Shown: positions 10,373 through 20,896, counted from the first letter of the stretch. The stretch: DNA of 64,000 bases from Candidatus Bathyarchaeota archaeon (GCA_963771885.1 CAVYVF010000002.1:192001-256000), one strand, 5' to 3'. Notes: generated by a model not told the origin, from the letters alone. Numbers and translations are program-made.

Positions 10373-11845
10373 TCAGTTTTGAGGATGACTGATGGCCTTT
10401 TGGCCAAGTTCCTTTACTAGATTGAAGACGTAATCAAAGTCCTCTCGTTTGCTGCGGTGATTAGTAATTGCCGCTCGTAAAACCCAGTTACCTTTAACGT
10501 TGGTGTCACTGATCATCCAAAACCTGATCTTATTTGCCTCCGTGGCAATCGCCTTATTCAACTTGTTTAACTCGTCTTCGGACAGGTTACCCGGGTTAAA
10601 TCTGAAACACACGACGTTGCTCGCTACTGGGGCGCAGAGCTCCATCTCAGGATCCCGTTGAACCAATTCACCTAGGTATCTTGCCTGGTCTATGTTCTGC
10701 TGAATCAAACGACCGTATTTGCCCCAACCATGAGCCCTTAGTAACATGTAGGCCTTTAAACCTCTGAACTCCCTACTGAGTGGCAAAGCGAGGCTGTGAG
10801 GACTATCCAGAGTTGTGCTATTCTCCTTGATGAGATCCGAACCACTCTTAAGATATTGAGCCTCATGCCCGTAAACAAATGTACTATAGTGAGCGAGTCT
10901 ATCCTTGACAAGAGTGCAGCCAATCCCGTAGGGCATGTACATCCACTTGTGCAAGTCTACAGCTAACGAATCTGCTCGCTCAAAACCATCAGCTAAGTGT
11001 TTATGGGTCTTACTTATTTTGACCCAGCCACCAAACGCCCCGTCTATATGAAACCAAAGCTTCTCTTTTCCAGCTAGGTCCGCAAGTGCGTGAAAATCGT
11101 CGAATGCTCCCGCGTCAACAGTTCCCGCGTTCCCAATAATGCAAAAAGGCAAGTAGCCCGCTTTTTTATCCTCATTTATCGCCGCTTTTAGTGAACTCAA
11201 TTTAATTCTGCATTCGTCATCGCTTTCTATCCATCGGAGGTTTTCGCTTCCGATTCCGAGAAGTTCAACACTTCTCTCTAGGCAGTGGTGCCCTCCGTCA
11301 CTCACGTAGACTACCATTCTACGCTGCACACCCTGCATTCCCTTTGCCTTCATGTCTACCTCTGCTCTTGCGTTTCGTGCCACTGCAAGTGCCGTGTAGT
11401 TGGCTTCGCTTCCACCACTAACCAAAACTCCCCCCGCTTCTTTCGGAAATTCAAGCATCTGCTTGATCCAGTCTATGACCTGCTTGTGAACGTACCCGGC
11501 TGCCATCGGTTGGGCTTCGATTACGCTGTTTACCCCCGCAGTTAGCATCGAAGTCAACATGCCATAAGGTGAGCCAGTACCTGCTACTGCACCCCAGAAA
11601 CGTGGGGCGGAATTACTTCCTGAATAAGGCTGGATATTATTTTTAAAGATGTTATATACTTGTTCTTCTCCCTCGCCGTCTTCAGTCAAAGGGGTTAGTA
11701 TGTTTTTAGTTATTTCTTGTGAAGGAAAACCGAATGTTTTCTTCGCAATATCTCGTTGGTGATCAATCATGTCATCGAGCATCTTATGCCCGAGTTTCCT
11801 CAACTCATCCCAATTATCAGGGTCAAGTGTTTCCTCTCGGACCAT
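10373..11845 (-). CDS. Group II PLP-dependent amino acid decarboxylase (paralog of 8283-9743)
   Basis: SGGSEAN, WFHIDGAFG, DLHKWMYMPYG; shared N-terminal EETLDP.NWDE. Confidence 0.9.
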   Translation of the reverse strand: MVREETLDPDNWDELRKLGHKMLDDMIDHQRDIAKKTFGFPSQEITKNILTPLTEDGEGEEQVYNIFKNNIQPYSGSNSAPRFWGAVAGTGSPYGMLTSMLTAGVNSVIEAQPMAAGYVHKQVIDWIKQMLEFPKEAGGVLVSGGSEANYTALAVARNARAEVDMKAKGMQGVQRRMVVYVSDGGHHCLERSVELLGIGSENLRWIESDDECRIKLSSLKAAINEDKKAGYLPFCIIGNAGTVDAGAFDDFHALADLAGKEKLWFHIDGAFGGWVKISKTHKHLADGFERADSLAVDLHKWMYMPYGIGCTLVKDRLAHYSTFVYGHEAQYLKSGSDLIKENSTTLDSPHSLALPLSREFRGLKAYMLLRAHGWGKYGRLIQQNIDQARYLGELVQRDPEMELCAPVASNVVCFRFNPGNLSEDELNKLNKAIATEANKIRFWMISDTNVKGNWVLRAAITNHRSKREDFDYVFNLVKELGQKAISHPQN

Positions 11846-11957
11846 ATAAACTCAAAATTACTCATTTTGGAAATGATAAATCGAGGATGTTTACAAATGT
11901 ATACAAAAACGCGACTCATGAATGCGGTGAAGACCACTCATCGGAGAGGTCAGATTT

Positions 11958-12034
11958 TGGTGGGATCGGTGAGATTTGAACTCACGAACTCGTACGCCCC
12001 AGGCACGAATCTTACCAAGCTAGACCACGATCCC
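11958..12034 (-). tRNA. tRNA-Pro(GGG), CCA encoded
   Basis: Cloverleaf GGGATCG...CGTGC-CTGGGGC-GTACG...GTGAG-TTCAAAT-CTCAC-CGATCCC-ACCA. Confidence 0.95.
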
Positions 12035-12081
12035 GAACCAAACACTAGACACAGCCTCCACAGTAAAAAGGTTACGCGGAG

Positions 12082-13274
12082 CTACTTTGACTGCTTCTCC
12101 TGCTCGGCTAACCTGCGTCCGTGCTCCTTTTTCGCAAAGTCTAGGAGTTCGGGCTTCGAGATCAAGTCTATTGCCATAAATGCGAGGGCAGTCGCTGCCT
12201 TCATCATGACCTCGTGCGCTTCGTCGGTCGCCGTCATAGACGCCCCTTCGGGGCTGTGGAGGGTTACGTTGCCTATGTTTACATATGCGCTTAGGGCAGG
12301 GATAGCCTGACTCACATTGCCGAAGTCTGTGCTGCCCCCCCTTGGCGGGGTTCCTTTTCCTCGGGGAAGTCGACTCCGACCTCCTTCATCTCGGCTCGGA
12401 ATAGGTCCGTGAGCGTCTTGTTGGGGATGCTGTTGGCGTATGGGTTTGCGACGCGCGTGATCTTGCTCCGGGTTCCTGTCATCAGCTCAGCGCCTTTAAT
12501 GATGTTCTGGACCTTCGTGTAGTACTCGGTGAGCATCGGCATGGTTGGTGCTCTGACGTAGAGATGGGCGCTCGCGTAGTCGGGGACGACGTTGGGGCTG
12601 GCGCCGCCGTTCTTGATTATGCCGTGTATGCGGACGTCCCTGTTGATGTGCTGGCGCAGCGCGTTTATCCCGTTGAATGTCTCGATGACGCCGTTTAAAG
12701 CGTTTATGCCCTTCTCGGGGGAGCCGCCTGCGTGGCTGCTTTTGCCATAGAACTCGACTAGGAAGCTCTCACGGGCGTTGCTCGAGCTGTAGCTCCCCCA
12801 CATATTAGCGGGATGAACCATAATGGCGACATCAGCCTTCTTAATCTCGTCGAGCATGAGCACCTTGCCGCCGGCGTTCTCGACGACACCCTCTTCGGCG
12901 GGTGTCCCATAGATGACTATGTTACCGGGAAGCTTTTCGGCGACTGAGGCAAGCCCTATTGCGGCGCCGAGGGCGGAGGCGGCGATGAGGTTGTGACCGC
13001 AGGCGTGCCCGATGCCGGGGAGAGCATCGTACTCGGCGAGGATTGCGATCGTCGGCCCCTCTCTATTCACCCTTTTCGCGGTGAAGGCTGTCTTCATACC
13101 CGAGACGCCGAGCTCCACCTCATAGCCGTGCCCCTTAAGTGCCTCAGCGAGGAGTGCCGCCGACTTGTACTCTTGGTGGCCGAGCTCCGGTTCAGCGTGT
13201 ATCCTGTTGCTGACGCCTACTAGAACCTCCCTGTGCTCGTCGATGCTGCGGCGAGCCGCTTCCTTGGTATCCAT
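12082..13274 (-). CDS. M20 peptidase/amidohydrolase (ACY1L2/AbgB-like), frameshift near 12340
   Basis: AEYDALPGIGHACGHN, GTPAEE, GKSSHAG; C-terminal part is in a separate ORF. Confidence 0.85.
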
Positions 13275-13277
13275 GCC

Positions 13278-14081
13278 CTAAGACTGCGCGGTGGCGGTGA
13301 AATCTTTTTCCAGCCCCGCGGCGCGAATGAGCGCCGAGTATTTGGCGTCGCTCATGTCCCTCCGATACTCCCTGAGTGCGGAGAGGAGCGTCTCCCTGTC
13401 GGGGAGCCCCATTATGCGCTCTACGACGAGGCTCGCCTGCGTATTCAGGAAAAGCGACTGCACGACGGTCGTGACGTTGGATACGCGTCTCGCAGTACTC
13501 GCTGACTCGAAGTCGATTATCACAGGCTCAAACCCACGCATCAGCGTATGCCTCCTGAGGCGGACGAGCTCGCCGTGGTCGAGCCCCGCCAAGTCAAGGC
13601 GCCTCGTCTGGTCGATCAACCTACGGAAGACGCCGCGGAGAATCCCCGCGTCACAGGTACCAAGCTGCCTGATCCAGTCGCTGAGATAAGGGCCCTCGAT
13701 GAGCTCCATCAGAAGGACGTCCTTCCCCCATGAGATGAGTTTCGGCCCTATTCCTACGTCGTTCGCCGCCCTGAGGAGCCTCGCCTCATCGTCAAAGCTA
13801 GTCCTGTCAGCGTCGGAGCGCCGTATCTTCGCAGCGCAGGCGCCGTCGCGAGTGATCGCCTTGAGGACTATGGAAGTGTTGCCCTTGCCGAGGACCGGTA
13901 TGGTCTCAACGCGGTGCGGCCCCTCGAAGACCACCGCCTCTACCCCCAGCGTCCTAAGTTCCTCGATCCTAGCCTCCGCAGCTCGGTAATCCCACCTTGG
14001 GAAGTGTATGAGGTAGCCCCGCGGGTGTGTGAGGAGCATGTCTAACGGGACATGTTCACTCAAGCCAGTCAGGCCTACCAC
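13278..14081 (-). CDS. Archaeal RIO-like Ser/Thr kinase
   Basis: LGKGNTSIV, AKIRR, DHGEL, IIDFESAS. Confidence 0.8.
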   Translation of the reverse strand: MVGLTGLSEHVPLDMLLTHPRGYLIHFPRWDYRAAEARIEELRTLGVEAVVFEGPHRVETIPVLGKGNTSIVLKAITRDGACAAKIRRSDADRTSFDDEARLLRAANDVGIGPKLISWGKDVLLMELIEGPYLSDWIRQLGTCDAGILRGVFRRLIDQTRRLDLAGLDHGELVRLRRHTLMRGFEPVIIDFESASTARRVSNVTTVVQSLFLNTQASLVVERIMGLPDRETLLSALREYRRDMSDAKYSALIRAAGLEKDFTATAQS

Positions 14082-15453
14082 ATAGGAAGTCGGCGAGGTA
14101 ACCGGAAAAGTCCCCCCTTAGCTCGCCCTCTACCTCCTCGTTAATGAAAATGTCCCCGCCCTCCCCGAGGAGGTCCGCAAGGCGCTTCGAGACTCCGAGC
14201 TCCTCATAGTTGTCCACTAGAACCTTCCGGAGGTAAGTGCGTGTGAGAACATGCTTCCTCTTGACAATTACCCACCACTTACCCCCCTCAATACCTGGGC
14301 CGCTGACGAGGTCAGGGGACTCCAGGTAGGTCCCTAGGAAGTCACGGCTGTCCTTCTGGAGGCGGACGGGTGGCCCCACCTTCTTGATCAGGGGCGGGAG
14401 GGCGATCGACTCGAGCTCGTAGACGAATATGTGCCTGCTCGCCTCGTCGCTCCAGGTGCCAGAGCGGAAGACCTTGAATCCCCTCTCCCCGAGCGCCCTG
14501 CCGAGGGCCTTCTCAGTCCGATAGAGCTGCCCCCAGAGAGTGTCAGGCACTGGCGGCTCCTCGTCGCGTATAACTATGAAGAGGAGGTCGGAACCCCTGC
14601 CCTCCAGCTTCCCCTTGAGCCCTGAGGCCTCTTTGGCTGAGGACTTGAAGAACTTCTCGCTGGGCTTCTCGAGCAGTGCGCGAGCCGCGGCGACAAATGT
14701 CCAGAGCGCCGTCTCGGTGACCGCGGAGGCGACGTTCCTGTTAGGGTCGACGGGATCAATTACGACGAGGGGCTCCTTAATCTTTGGCGCAGCCCCCTGC
14801 TCCAGCTGGATGACGGGGCGCTCATCCCAGTTACCCGCCGCCTCGACCAGCGCCTCGAATCCGCCGTGGGCGACGACGAGGAGCTCGCAGAGGTAGCCGC
14901 TGAAGCCCCCCACCTTGATCTCGGCCCCGTATACGCCGATACCCCTCATGAACGCCTTTAGGACCCTGATGTCATCACGTAGCCGCGCGTTGAGTCGTGG
15001 GAGTAAGTAGCTCGTGTGCAATGGCGTCCAATCCGTCGCCGACATGAAGCCACTCCCAGCCACAGCTCTGAAGCAGGGGATGAACTCCACCTCGAAGCCC
15101 TCAATCATCTTCTTCACATACGGGTGCTCCGCGTAAGCCTCGACCCAGCCCTTCCCCACATAGTCCTTCACGACCTCGTTGACCCTTAGCAGCTCGTTAC
15201 GCCCCGTACCGTGACGGAGTACAATAAAGATGTCAATGTCCCTCTGCCCGACGAGCCAAGTGTCTCGGGCAACCGAGCCATGGACCTCGACGTCTGCGTC
15301 TACGCCACCCTTCCTGAGCGCCTCAGCGAGGTCCGCCTTCAACTTCACTATGAATGCTTTTATCGCCTCGTAGTCGCGCTCGGACGGCTTGACCCCAACT
15401 GATATACTACGTTTAAGCTGGCTCCAAGGCTCCGGAAGGGGCAATGATGTCAC
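14056..15453 (-). CDS. cca: CCA tRNA nucleotidyltransferase (archaeal class I)
   Basis: GSVARDTWL..DIDIF, YAEHPY, GFSGYLCELL, DPVDPNRNVA. Confidence 0.95.
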   Translation of the reverse strand: MTSLPLPEPWSQLKRSISVGVKPSERDYEAIKAFIVKLKADLAEALRKGGVDADVEVHGSVARDTWLVGQRDIDIFIVLRHGTGRNELLRVNEVVKDYVGKGWVEAYAEHPYVKKMIEGFEVEFIPCFRAVAGSGFMSATDWTPLHTSYLLPRLNARLRDDIRVLKAFMRGIGVYGAEIKVGGFSGYLCELLVVAHGGFEALVEAAGNWDERPVIQLEQGAAPKIKEPLVVIDPVDPNRNVASAVTETALWTFVAAARALLEKPSEKFFKSSAKEASGLKGKLEGRGSDLLFIVIRDEEPPVPDTLWGQLYRTEKALGRALGERGFKVFRSGTWSDEASRHIFVYELESIALPPLIKKVGPPVRLQKDSRDFLGTYLESPDLVSGPGIEGGKWWVIVKRKHVLTRTYLRKVLVDNYEELGVSKRLADLLGEGGDIFINEEVEGELRGDFSGYLADFLCGRPDWLE

Positions 15454-15504
15454 TAATTGAGCTTAGGCGTGTGCACCATAGAAATAGCTACCGAATGCGA
15501 GTGG

Positions 15505-16065
15505 CTATAAGAGCGCCTTCGACTCTACGACATTCGAGTAGATCGGGCCGCTACGCGTCAGCAGGCTCTTCTTGAGGCATATGTGCTCGACCCTCTGGAG
15601 TCCGAACTCCTCGTCTGCCATCGCCTCAACCGCCTCGGCAAGCTTTGCCCTGTTATGTCCTCCTCGTACTCGGCATAGTGTCACGTGGGGCTGGAAGGGT
15701 CTCCTCTCCTGTTCAAAGCCAAGTGCCCTTAGTCCGCTCTCTAGTTCTGTGAATACGGCGAGCATCTCTAACGCCTCCCCAGCGACACCCGCCCATATGA
15801 CGCTCGGCCTGCTCAGCGACGGGAAGACGCCGACACCCCTGAAATCGAGTGTGAACGGCTTGAAGGCAATGCCCCTAATAAGCTCGGCGACTCGCGTCGT
15901 CCTCTCCTCAGTTATCTCGCCGAGGAATTTGAGTGTGACATGTATGTTCTCTTCCTCGACCGCCTTCAAATCCGCCCCCGTCGCTACGAGTGCCTCTTGT
16001 ACGCGCCGTAGCGCTGCCCTGAGCCGCGGCTCGTCAACTTCCACGGCTACAAAGCACCTATCCAT
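15505..16065 (-). CDS. thpR: RNA 2',3'-cyclic phosphodiesterase
   Basis: Two HxT motifs (HVTLKF, PHVTL); start MDRCFVAV. Confidence 0.92.
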   Translation of the reverse strand: MDRCFVAVEVDEPRLRAALRRVQEALVATGADLKAVEEENIHVTLKFLGEITEERTTRVAELIRGIAFKPFTLDFRGVGVFPSLSRPSVIWAGVAGEALEMLAVFTELESGLRALGFEQERRPFQPHVTLCRVRGGHNRAKLAEAVEAMADEEFGLQRVEHICLKKSLLTRSGPIYSNVVESKALL

Positions 16066-16122
16066 GGTGTAGATGCCGTCTCGGCTGCTAATGATTTTAA
16101 CCCTTGTGACCCCCGTACCTGC

Positions 16123-16995
16123 ATGGACTCCCTCGCCGTGGTACTCGTCCTCGTCAGCGCGGCGTCGCACGCGGCGTGGAACTTTCTCGCCAAGGGTTCA
16201 CGCGACAAAGACAGCTTCATGCTACTTACCAACGCGACGAGCCAGGTCACTCTCCTCCCCGTCTTCATTGTGCTGCTCCGCGACTGGCGACTTCCCCTGG
16301 AGGCGGTACCGTTCCTCGTGGTAAGCGCGCTGGCGGAGGTGGTCTACTTCCTCGCTCTGAGCCGAGCTTACGACGCGGGTGACCTGAGCGTAGTATACCC
16401 CGTCGCGAGGAGTGCTCCTCTCTTCGTTGCCATAGCGGGAGCCCTCTTTTTTGGTGACCCACTCTCCGCCTCGGGACTCGTCGGCATATTACTCGTCCTC
16501 GCAGGCGTCTATATACTCCATCTAAAGTCCCTGAGGCTAGATAGCCTACTCGAACCCCTGCGCAGCTTCCGTGGACCTGCATTCGGCTTCGCCCTCATTG
16601 CCGCCATCGGCACCACTGCCTACTCACTCAGCGACAAGGCCGCCGTGAGCCGCGTCGACCCTGTCCTCTACAACCTCTGGCTGGAGTTCGCAATAACCCT
16701 CGTCCTCCTGCCCATAATCCTACGAGGCAGAGGCTGGGGCAATATACGCGCCGAGTGGCGTAGCGACTGGAAGAAAATCTCACTAGCGGGCGCCTTAATG
16801 CGTGGTGGCTACCTCCTAGTCCTCGTGGCGATGACTCTCGCCCCCGTCGGTTACCTCCTCGCCTTCAGGCAAGTCAGCGTCGTTATAGGCGCACTCCTCG
16901 GTCTCACCCTCCTCGGTGAGGGATACGGCGCACCTCGCATACTCGGCTCTGCTACAATCTTTGCTGGCGTCTACGTCATAGCAACCCTTGCCTGA
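16123..16995 (+). CDS. EamA/DMT family transporter
   Basis: HAAWN, AYDAGDLSVVYPVARS; highly hydrophobic. Confidence 0.9.
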   Translation: MDSLAVVLVLVSAASHAAWNFLAKGSRDKDSFMLLTNATSQVTLLPVFIVLLRDWRLPLEAVPFLVVSALAEVVYFLALSRAYDAGDLSVVYPVARSAPLFVAIAGALFFGDPLSASGLVGILLVLAGVYILHLKSLRLDSLLEPLRSFRGPAFGFALIAAIGTTAYSLSDKAAVSRVDPVLYNLWLEFAITLVLLPIILRGRGWGNIRAEWRSDWKKISLAGALMRGGYLLVLVAMTLAPVGYLLAFRQVSVVIGALLGLTLLGEGYGAPRILGSATIFAGVYVIATLA

Positions 16996-17058
16996 GTTGA
17001 TCAACATAAAACGATTAGGATGGAAGGAGTGCACTCGTATAACGTGGCGCCAGCGATT

Positions 17059-17826
17059 CTAGTGAATAAATAAGCTCATTATGTATAAGCCGAAGTCGCC
17101 GAAGATGATAGAACTCACATACCCAACCCCCAATACGAGTAGGAAAGGCAAACTGTAAGCGACCCAGACCCGGCTTCGTCCAAGGGAGCGCAGCCTGTTA
17201 AACGTGTTCGAGGCGTCCGCGTCATCTGACAGGTCGGGCTTCAGGAGGAGCGTAATGACTCCTTCCTCGTTAACTGCCTCCAGCGGATATTCAAACGGGG
17301 GCCCCCTCACACTTGCGATTTCCTTTCTTATACCCGTCATCAGCAGAATGGCTTTCCTCCAACTGGTTGCCCCCGAATAGCCCTCGAAGAATGCACTCCT
17401 TCCCCGCGAACTGAGGTTGTACATGAGAACGATAATAACACCAGAGGCACTGATCATAGCCGAGTTCGAAATCACTGTCAGTGGATAGAGTACGGGTGTG
17501 AATAACATCGGTTTAAACACAGCTAAAGGCGCGATAGGGTTGAGTAAACCAATAACGACGAAGGCGAGGAGATCCGCCCCTCCAAATAACCCCGTGTAAC
17601 CAGCGGCGAGCGCGAACAGCACCGAGAACCCGACGGTGACGACGAGAAGGCTCAAGTCTAGCGCCCCCGAGTACACCTCGAAAGCGTCGATCCCGAGAGC
17701 CGCTACGCCAAATACGATCCAGACGAGATCGTTAACTTCCCTCGTCTTAACATCCTTGTAAGCAACGTAACCAAACATCACTATAGAGAGGGCGACTCTG
17801 AGCACATCGAACATATAGCTCCCCAT
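17059..17826 (-). CDS. Prepilin/prearchaellin peptidase (A24, PibD/FlaK-like)
   Basis: YKDVKTREV and FGGAD aspartyl motifs; C-terminal VWV..LPFL. Confidence 0.85.
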   Translation of the reverse strand: MGSYMFDVLRVALSIVMFGYVAYKDVKTREVNDLVWIVFGVAALGIDAFEVYSGALDLSLLVVTVGFSVLFALAAGYTGLFGGADLLAFVVIGLLNPIAPLAVFKPMLFTPVLYPLTVISNSAMISASGVIIVLMYNLSSRGRSAFFEGYSGATSWRKAILLMTGIRKEIASVRGPPFEYPLEAVNEEGVITLLLKPDLSDDADASNTFNRLRSLGRSRVWVAYSLPFLLVLGVGYVSSIIFGDFGLYIMSLFIH

Positions 17827-18195
17827 CGCAAACTCTCAGTCTCTACGACCATTCTTAGGCTTATATAATTTCTAGAGCAAAGCTCCTGATCTTCGTAGGG
17901 CATAATATCTGAACATCTCATCTGAAGAATGTTTTTCAATCCCTTATCGATCCGCTTTGGTTCACCTGAGTAAAAGACAAGGCTAGAAAGAGTCTTCGTA
18001 GACGGGTGCGAGACTCGTTACCTCAAGTTCTTTGAGCTCTCGACGACCAACGTGGTCTTAAAAACTATCTTTTCTTAAAATAATCCATGTTATATGAGTT
18101 ATATTAATTCATGACCTTATTATGAGTCTATAACCCTATCTTCTTTATTAATCGTAAAAGTTCTCCTATGTCTCTGAGGAGGCCTTAAGCAACAA

Positions 18196-18762
18196 TTGAG
18201 CTTCGACGAGAGGGTCGACGCAGTTGACCTAATTTTAAAGGTGCTACAGGACCATGAAAAGAGTCTCGACACCCTCGTATCTCAGATGGGTGAGACTCTC
18301 ACCCAGTCGCAGGCCACTGGAGCAGGCCAAGCTAAGGGGCTTAATCGATATAAGGTCGTCCTCCGTAGATGGTTAGATTTCCGGGCGAGGTGCATGAATT
18401 CTGAACTCGTCACCTTCGACATGATCGGGGACATGTTCCACGTTACCGTCGTGAAGAACGGTAGCTTTTACGCCTACTCGGAGACGATCCCCGAGGTAAC
18501 CATCAAAATGGAGAAGGAAGGGGACAAAGTACTCATCGAGGGAGACGAGTTGATGAGCCACAAAGATGTCTCTTACATCTTCAACGGGAAACTTCAGTGT
18601 GGCCTTGCCGTCAACACTAAAAAAGGAAAGGTCAACCTGCCCAACGGGGACGTAGTGCATAAGATCATGTATGAAGTCGACCCCGAGGAAGCAAGTAAAT
18701 GGCTGTCAGACGAACTGAAGACCGATACAAAGTCGATAGTCTTCGGCAGTATAACGCCCTAA
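18196..18762 (+). CDS. Hypothetical protein
   Basis: 188-aa ORF, TTG start after GAGGAGG; N-terminal DAVDLILKVLQDHEKSLD helix. Confidence 0.7.
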   Translation: MSFDERVDAVDLILKVLQDHEKSLDTLVSQMGETLTQSQATGAGQAKGLNRYKVVLRRWLDFRARCMNSELVTFDMIGDMFHVTVVKNGSFYAYSETIPEVTIKMEKEGDKVLIEGDELMSHKDVSYIFNGKLQCGLAVNTKKGKVNLPNGDVVHKIMYEVDPEEASKWLSDELKTDTKSIVFGSITP

Positions 18763-18792
18763 AAAAATTATTAAAAAATATGAGTGGAGAAT

Positions 18793-19137
18793 TTACCTCC
18801 AACTCATGATCTCGGGCACTTTCTTATTATCCACGAGCTCCTTCGCCTTGTTGAAATAGCGGAGCACATTCATGCCCTTCTCCGTGAGTTTGTACGCTTT
18901 CTTCGTCCTCTTATCACCGTCCTCCGTCAGGTACTCTTCGATGAGCTCTTGGTTTGCGAGTGACTTCAGTATCTGCTGAAGGGGTTTCCAGGAGAGGTTG
19001 GCACCATACATTATGCGTGTCGGAATGACTACGCCCTTGTTGACTTCCTCGAGTATGTCTATGTAGATCTCAAGCTTGCTTCGTCTGTTCGTCATCTTTT
19101 CAATCTTCTCCGTTTCTCTTTCTTGCCTGAACTTCAC
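18793..19137 (-). CDS. Winged-helix transcriptional regulator (COG3432/HTH_45-like)
   Basis: RRSKLEIYIDIL...TRIMYGANLSW...YKLTEKG. Confidence 0.88.
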   Translation of the reverse strand: MKFRQERETEKIEKMTNRRSKLEIYIDILEEVNKGVVIPTRIMYGANLSWKPLQQILKSLANQELIEEYLTEDGDKRTKKAYKLTEKGMNVLRYFNKAKELVDNKKVPEIMSWR

Positions 19138-19431
19138 TGGATTTACCCGGTCCTTTTAGAGGTTTAAGCAGTTGTCATGTGGTAAATGTTACACACATGT
19201 ATCAGGGACACAGATTCTTACCATGATGGCTCAGATACTGATGTAATATTAGCGCATCGTTAATTTTCAGCGCATTTTCCTTAGAAAATATATCGAAAAT
19301 CATTTTTTTATTTGTATGATGTAGCGCACACAATCTGTCCTCCTAAACGTCCTAGTTTTCGCATTTTTCGTTTCTCCTGACCTTGGTAAATATTGATCAT
19401 ATAGATTTAAAATATAGAATAGAGATACATA

Positions 19432-19767
19432 TTGCGAACCAAGATGTTCAGCAACACGCCGTTATCGCGCTTTGAGGTAGGAGCCTACCTCATGCTCGTG
19501 GCCGGCGTTGTGGGTGATCACCTCTCAACAGGTCTGGCACTGGCTCGCCCGAATATATACGAGACCAACCCAGTGGCTCTTAATCTAATGCAGAGGAGCC
19601 TATGGGTTCCCACTGATGTGGCGCTTATACTCGTAAGCATCCTGGCAACATACGTTTTAATGAGGGTCATGAACAAACCAGTCGCGAAATACGTCATGGT
19701 CTACCCTGCACTTGCGGGCGCGATAAGATTGGCTGTGACCTTCTGGAACTTTTCACTAATAATCTAA
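19432..19767 (+). CDS. Small membrane protein (DUF5658-like)
   Basis: D.LST..L.....YETNP followed by TM segments. Confidence 0.65.
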   Translation: MRTKMFSNTPLSRFEVGAYLMLVAGVVGDHLSTGLALARPNIYETNPVALNLMQRSLWVPTDVALILVSILATYVLMRVMNKPVAKYVMVYPALAGAIRLAVTFWNFSLII

Positions 19768-19778
19768 ACCTTTCCAAG

Positions 19779-20819
19779 TTACGTAGCGTAGGAGATACGG
19801 GAAACAAAGTAATTCGAGTTGTAAATGGCGATTACTGGAAGCCAAGTTTCTGAGAAAATTACTCTCCCGCGTGCAGCTGGAACAACATCTATCGGATGCT
19901 CCCTACGATCCTGACTCTTCCAGAGCAGGTCGAAGAGGTTGCCATACGACTTCAATATGGAGGCGTAGTTAGTCTCCATGGCGTAGAACTTGCCATCCTC
20001 GTTCTCCATCAGCAGCAGCATGTACCCCGCATCCGAGACAATGAAGCTCGGCTGATCCTTGATATGCAGGAAAGCGAAGTCGCAGTTTGAAAGGTCGACC
20101 TCCTCGAGGACGAAGGTGCTTGTGGTTGAATACTCTGTGAGTATCCTGACATCTATGTCCCTACTCTTTGAAATGTCCTCGAGCTCCTCGAAGAATGAGG
20201 AGTTGTAGATGTAGATGAGGTGCCTGTCCGTGACGACTGCGTTGAGCTTATTTGTTGACGCCTTGAGTATCTCGGAGATCCTCGCGCTTATCTGCTTCCT
20301 GCCCTCCAAAACCTGGAGCGTCTCTTTCTCCGACTCTGTCTCGCTCGCCTTCGGCAGGGAGTTCCATAAGTGGAGTAGCTCCGCCTTCTTCCTCTCCAAG
20401 TGGTGGATTCTCTGACGGCGCTCCTCTAGCTCCGTGTCAAGGACCTTCTCGAATGGGACGGCGGTGAATTTCATTGGTCTCTCGAGGACGCGGTATATTA
20501 CTCCCTTGTTCTCGAGCGTGCGAAGTATCTTGTAAGCCTCCGTCCTGTGTACTCCAAGGGACTCGGCAATTTTCTGCGCCTTCTGCGCCCCGTAGCGTGC
20601 GAGATACAAGTAGACCTTGACCTCGTTCTTCGATAGCCTGAACCGTGTAAGGGCGATATTGATGTCCCTCAACGCCTTGACCTGGTTCTCATGCTCGGCT
20701 TGTGGCTCGGTACTAAGGACGGGTTTCGTGAACTTGAGTAAAACGGGGTCTATGTCCGACAGAGGCTGCTGAGCGCTCTGCTTCTGCTTAAGAGTCCTTT
20801 CCGCTTGTACCGCCTGCAT
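19779..20819 (-). CDS. TrmB-family transcriptional regulator
   Basis: LSKNEVKVYLYL...IAESLGVHRTEAYKILRTLENKG...PMKFTAVP. Confidence 0.88.
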   Translation of the reverse strand: MQAVQAERTLKQKQSAQQPLSDIDPVLLKFTKPVLSTEPQAEHENQVKALRDINIALTRFRLSKNEVKVYLYLARYGAQKAQKIAESLGVHRTEAYKILRTLENKGVIYRVLERPMKFTAVPFEKVLDTELEERRQRIHHLERKKAELLHLWNSLPKASETESEKETLQVLEGRKQISARISEILKASTNKLNAVVTDRHLIYIYNSSFFEELEDISKSRDIDVRILTEYSTTSTFVLEEVDLSNCDFAFLHIKDQPSFIVSDAGYMLLLMENEDGKFYAMETNYASILKSYGNLFDLLWKSQDRREHPIDVVPAARGRVIFSETWLPVIAIYNSNYFVSRISYAT

Positions 20820-20896
20820 CTGTATCCCGGTTTAGGATAATACAGATTATAAAAGGCGCTTGTGGAGGTATAATCTAGATTCACACTCCATAAATT

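Larger units (their letters stand above)
8190..11972. mobile_element. Integrase-less element inserted at the tRNA-Pro 3' end
   Basis: Exact 15-bp direct repeat TGGTGGGATCGGTGA at 8190-8204 and 11958-11972 (the tRNA 3' end); AT-richer cargo. Confidence 0.75.

Noticed and set aside
15025..15036. CCA enzyme reads DWTP where the family has DRTP
   Set aside because: It is a single-base difference that cannot be told from a sequencing error; it also shows substitution errors are possible here
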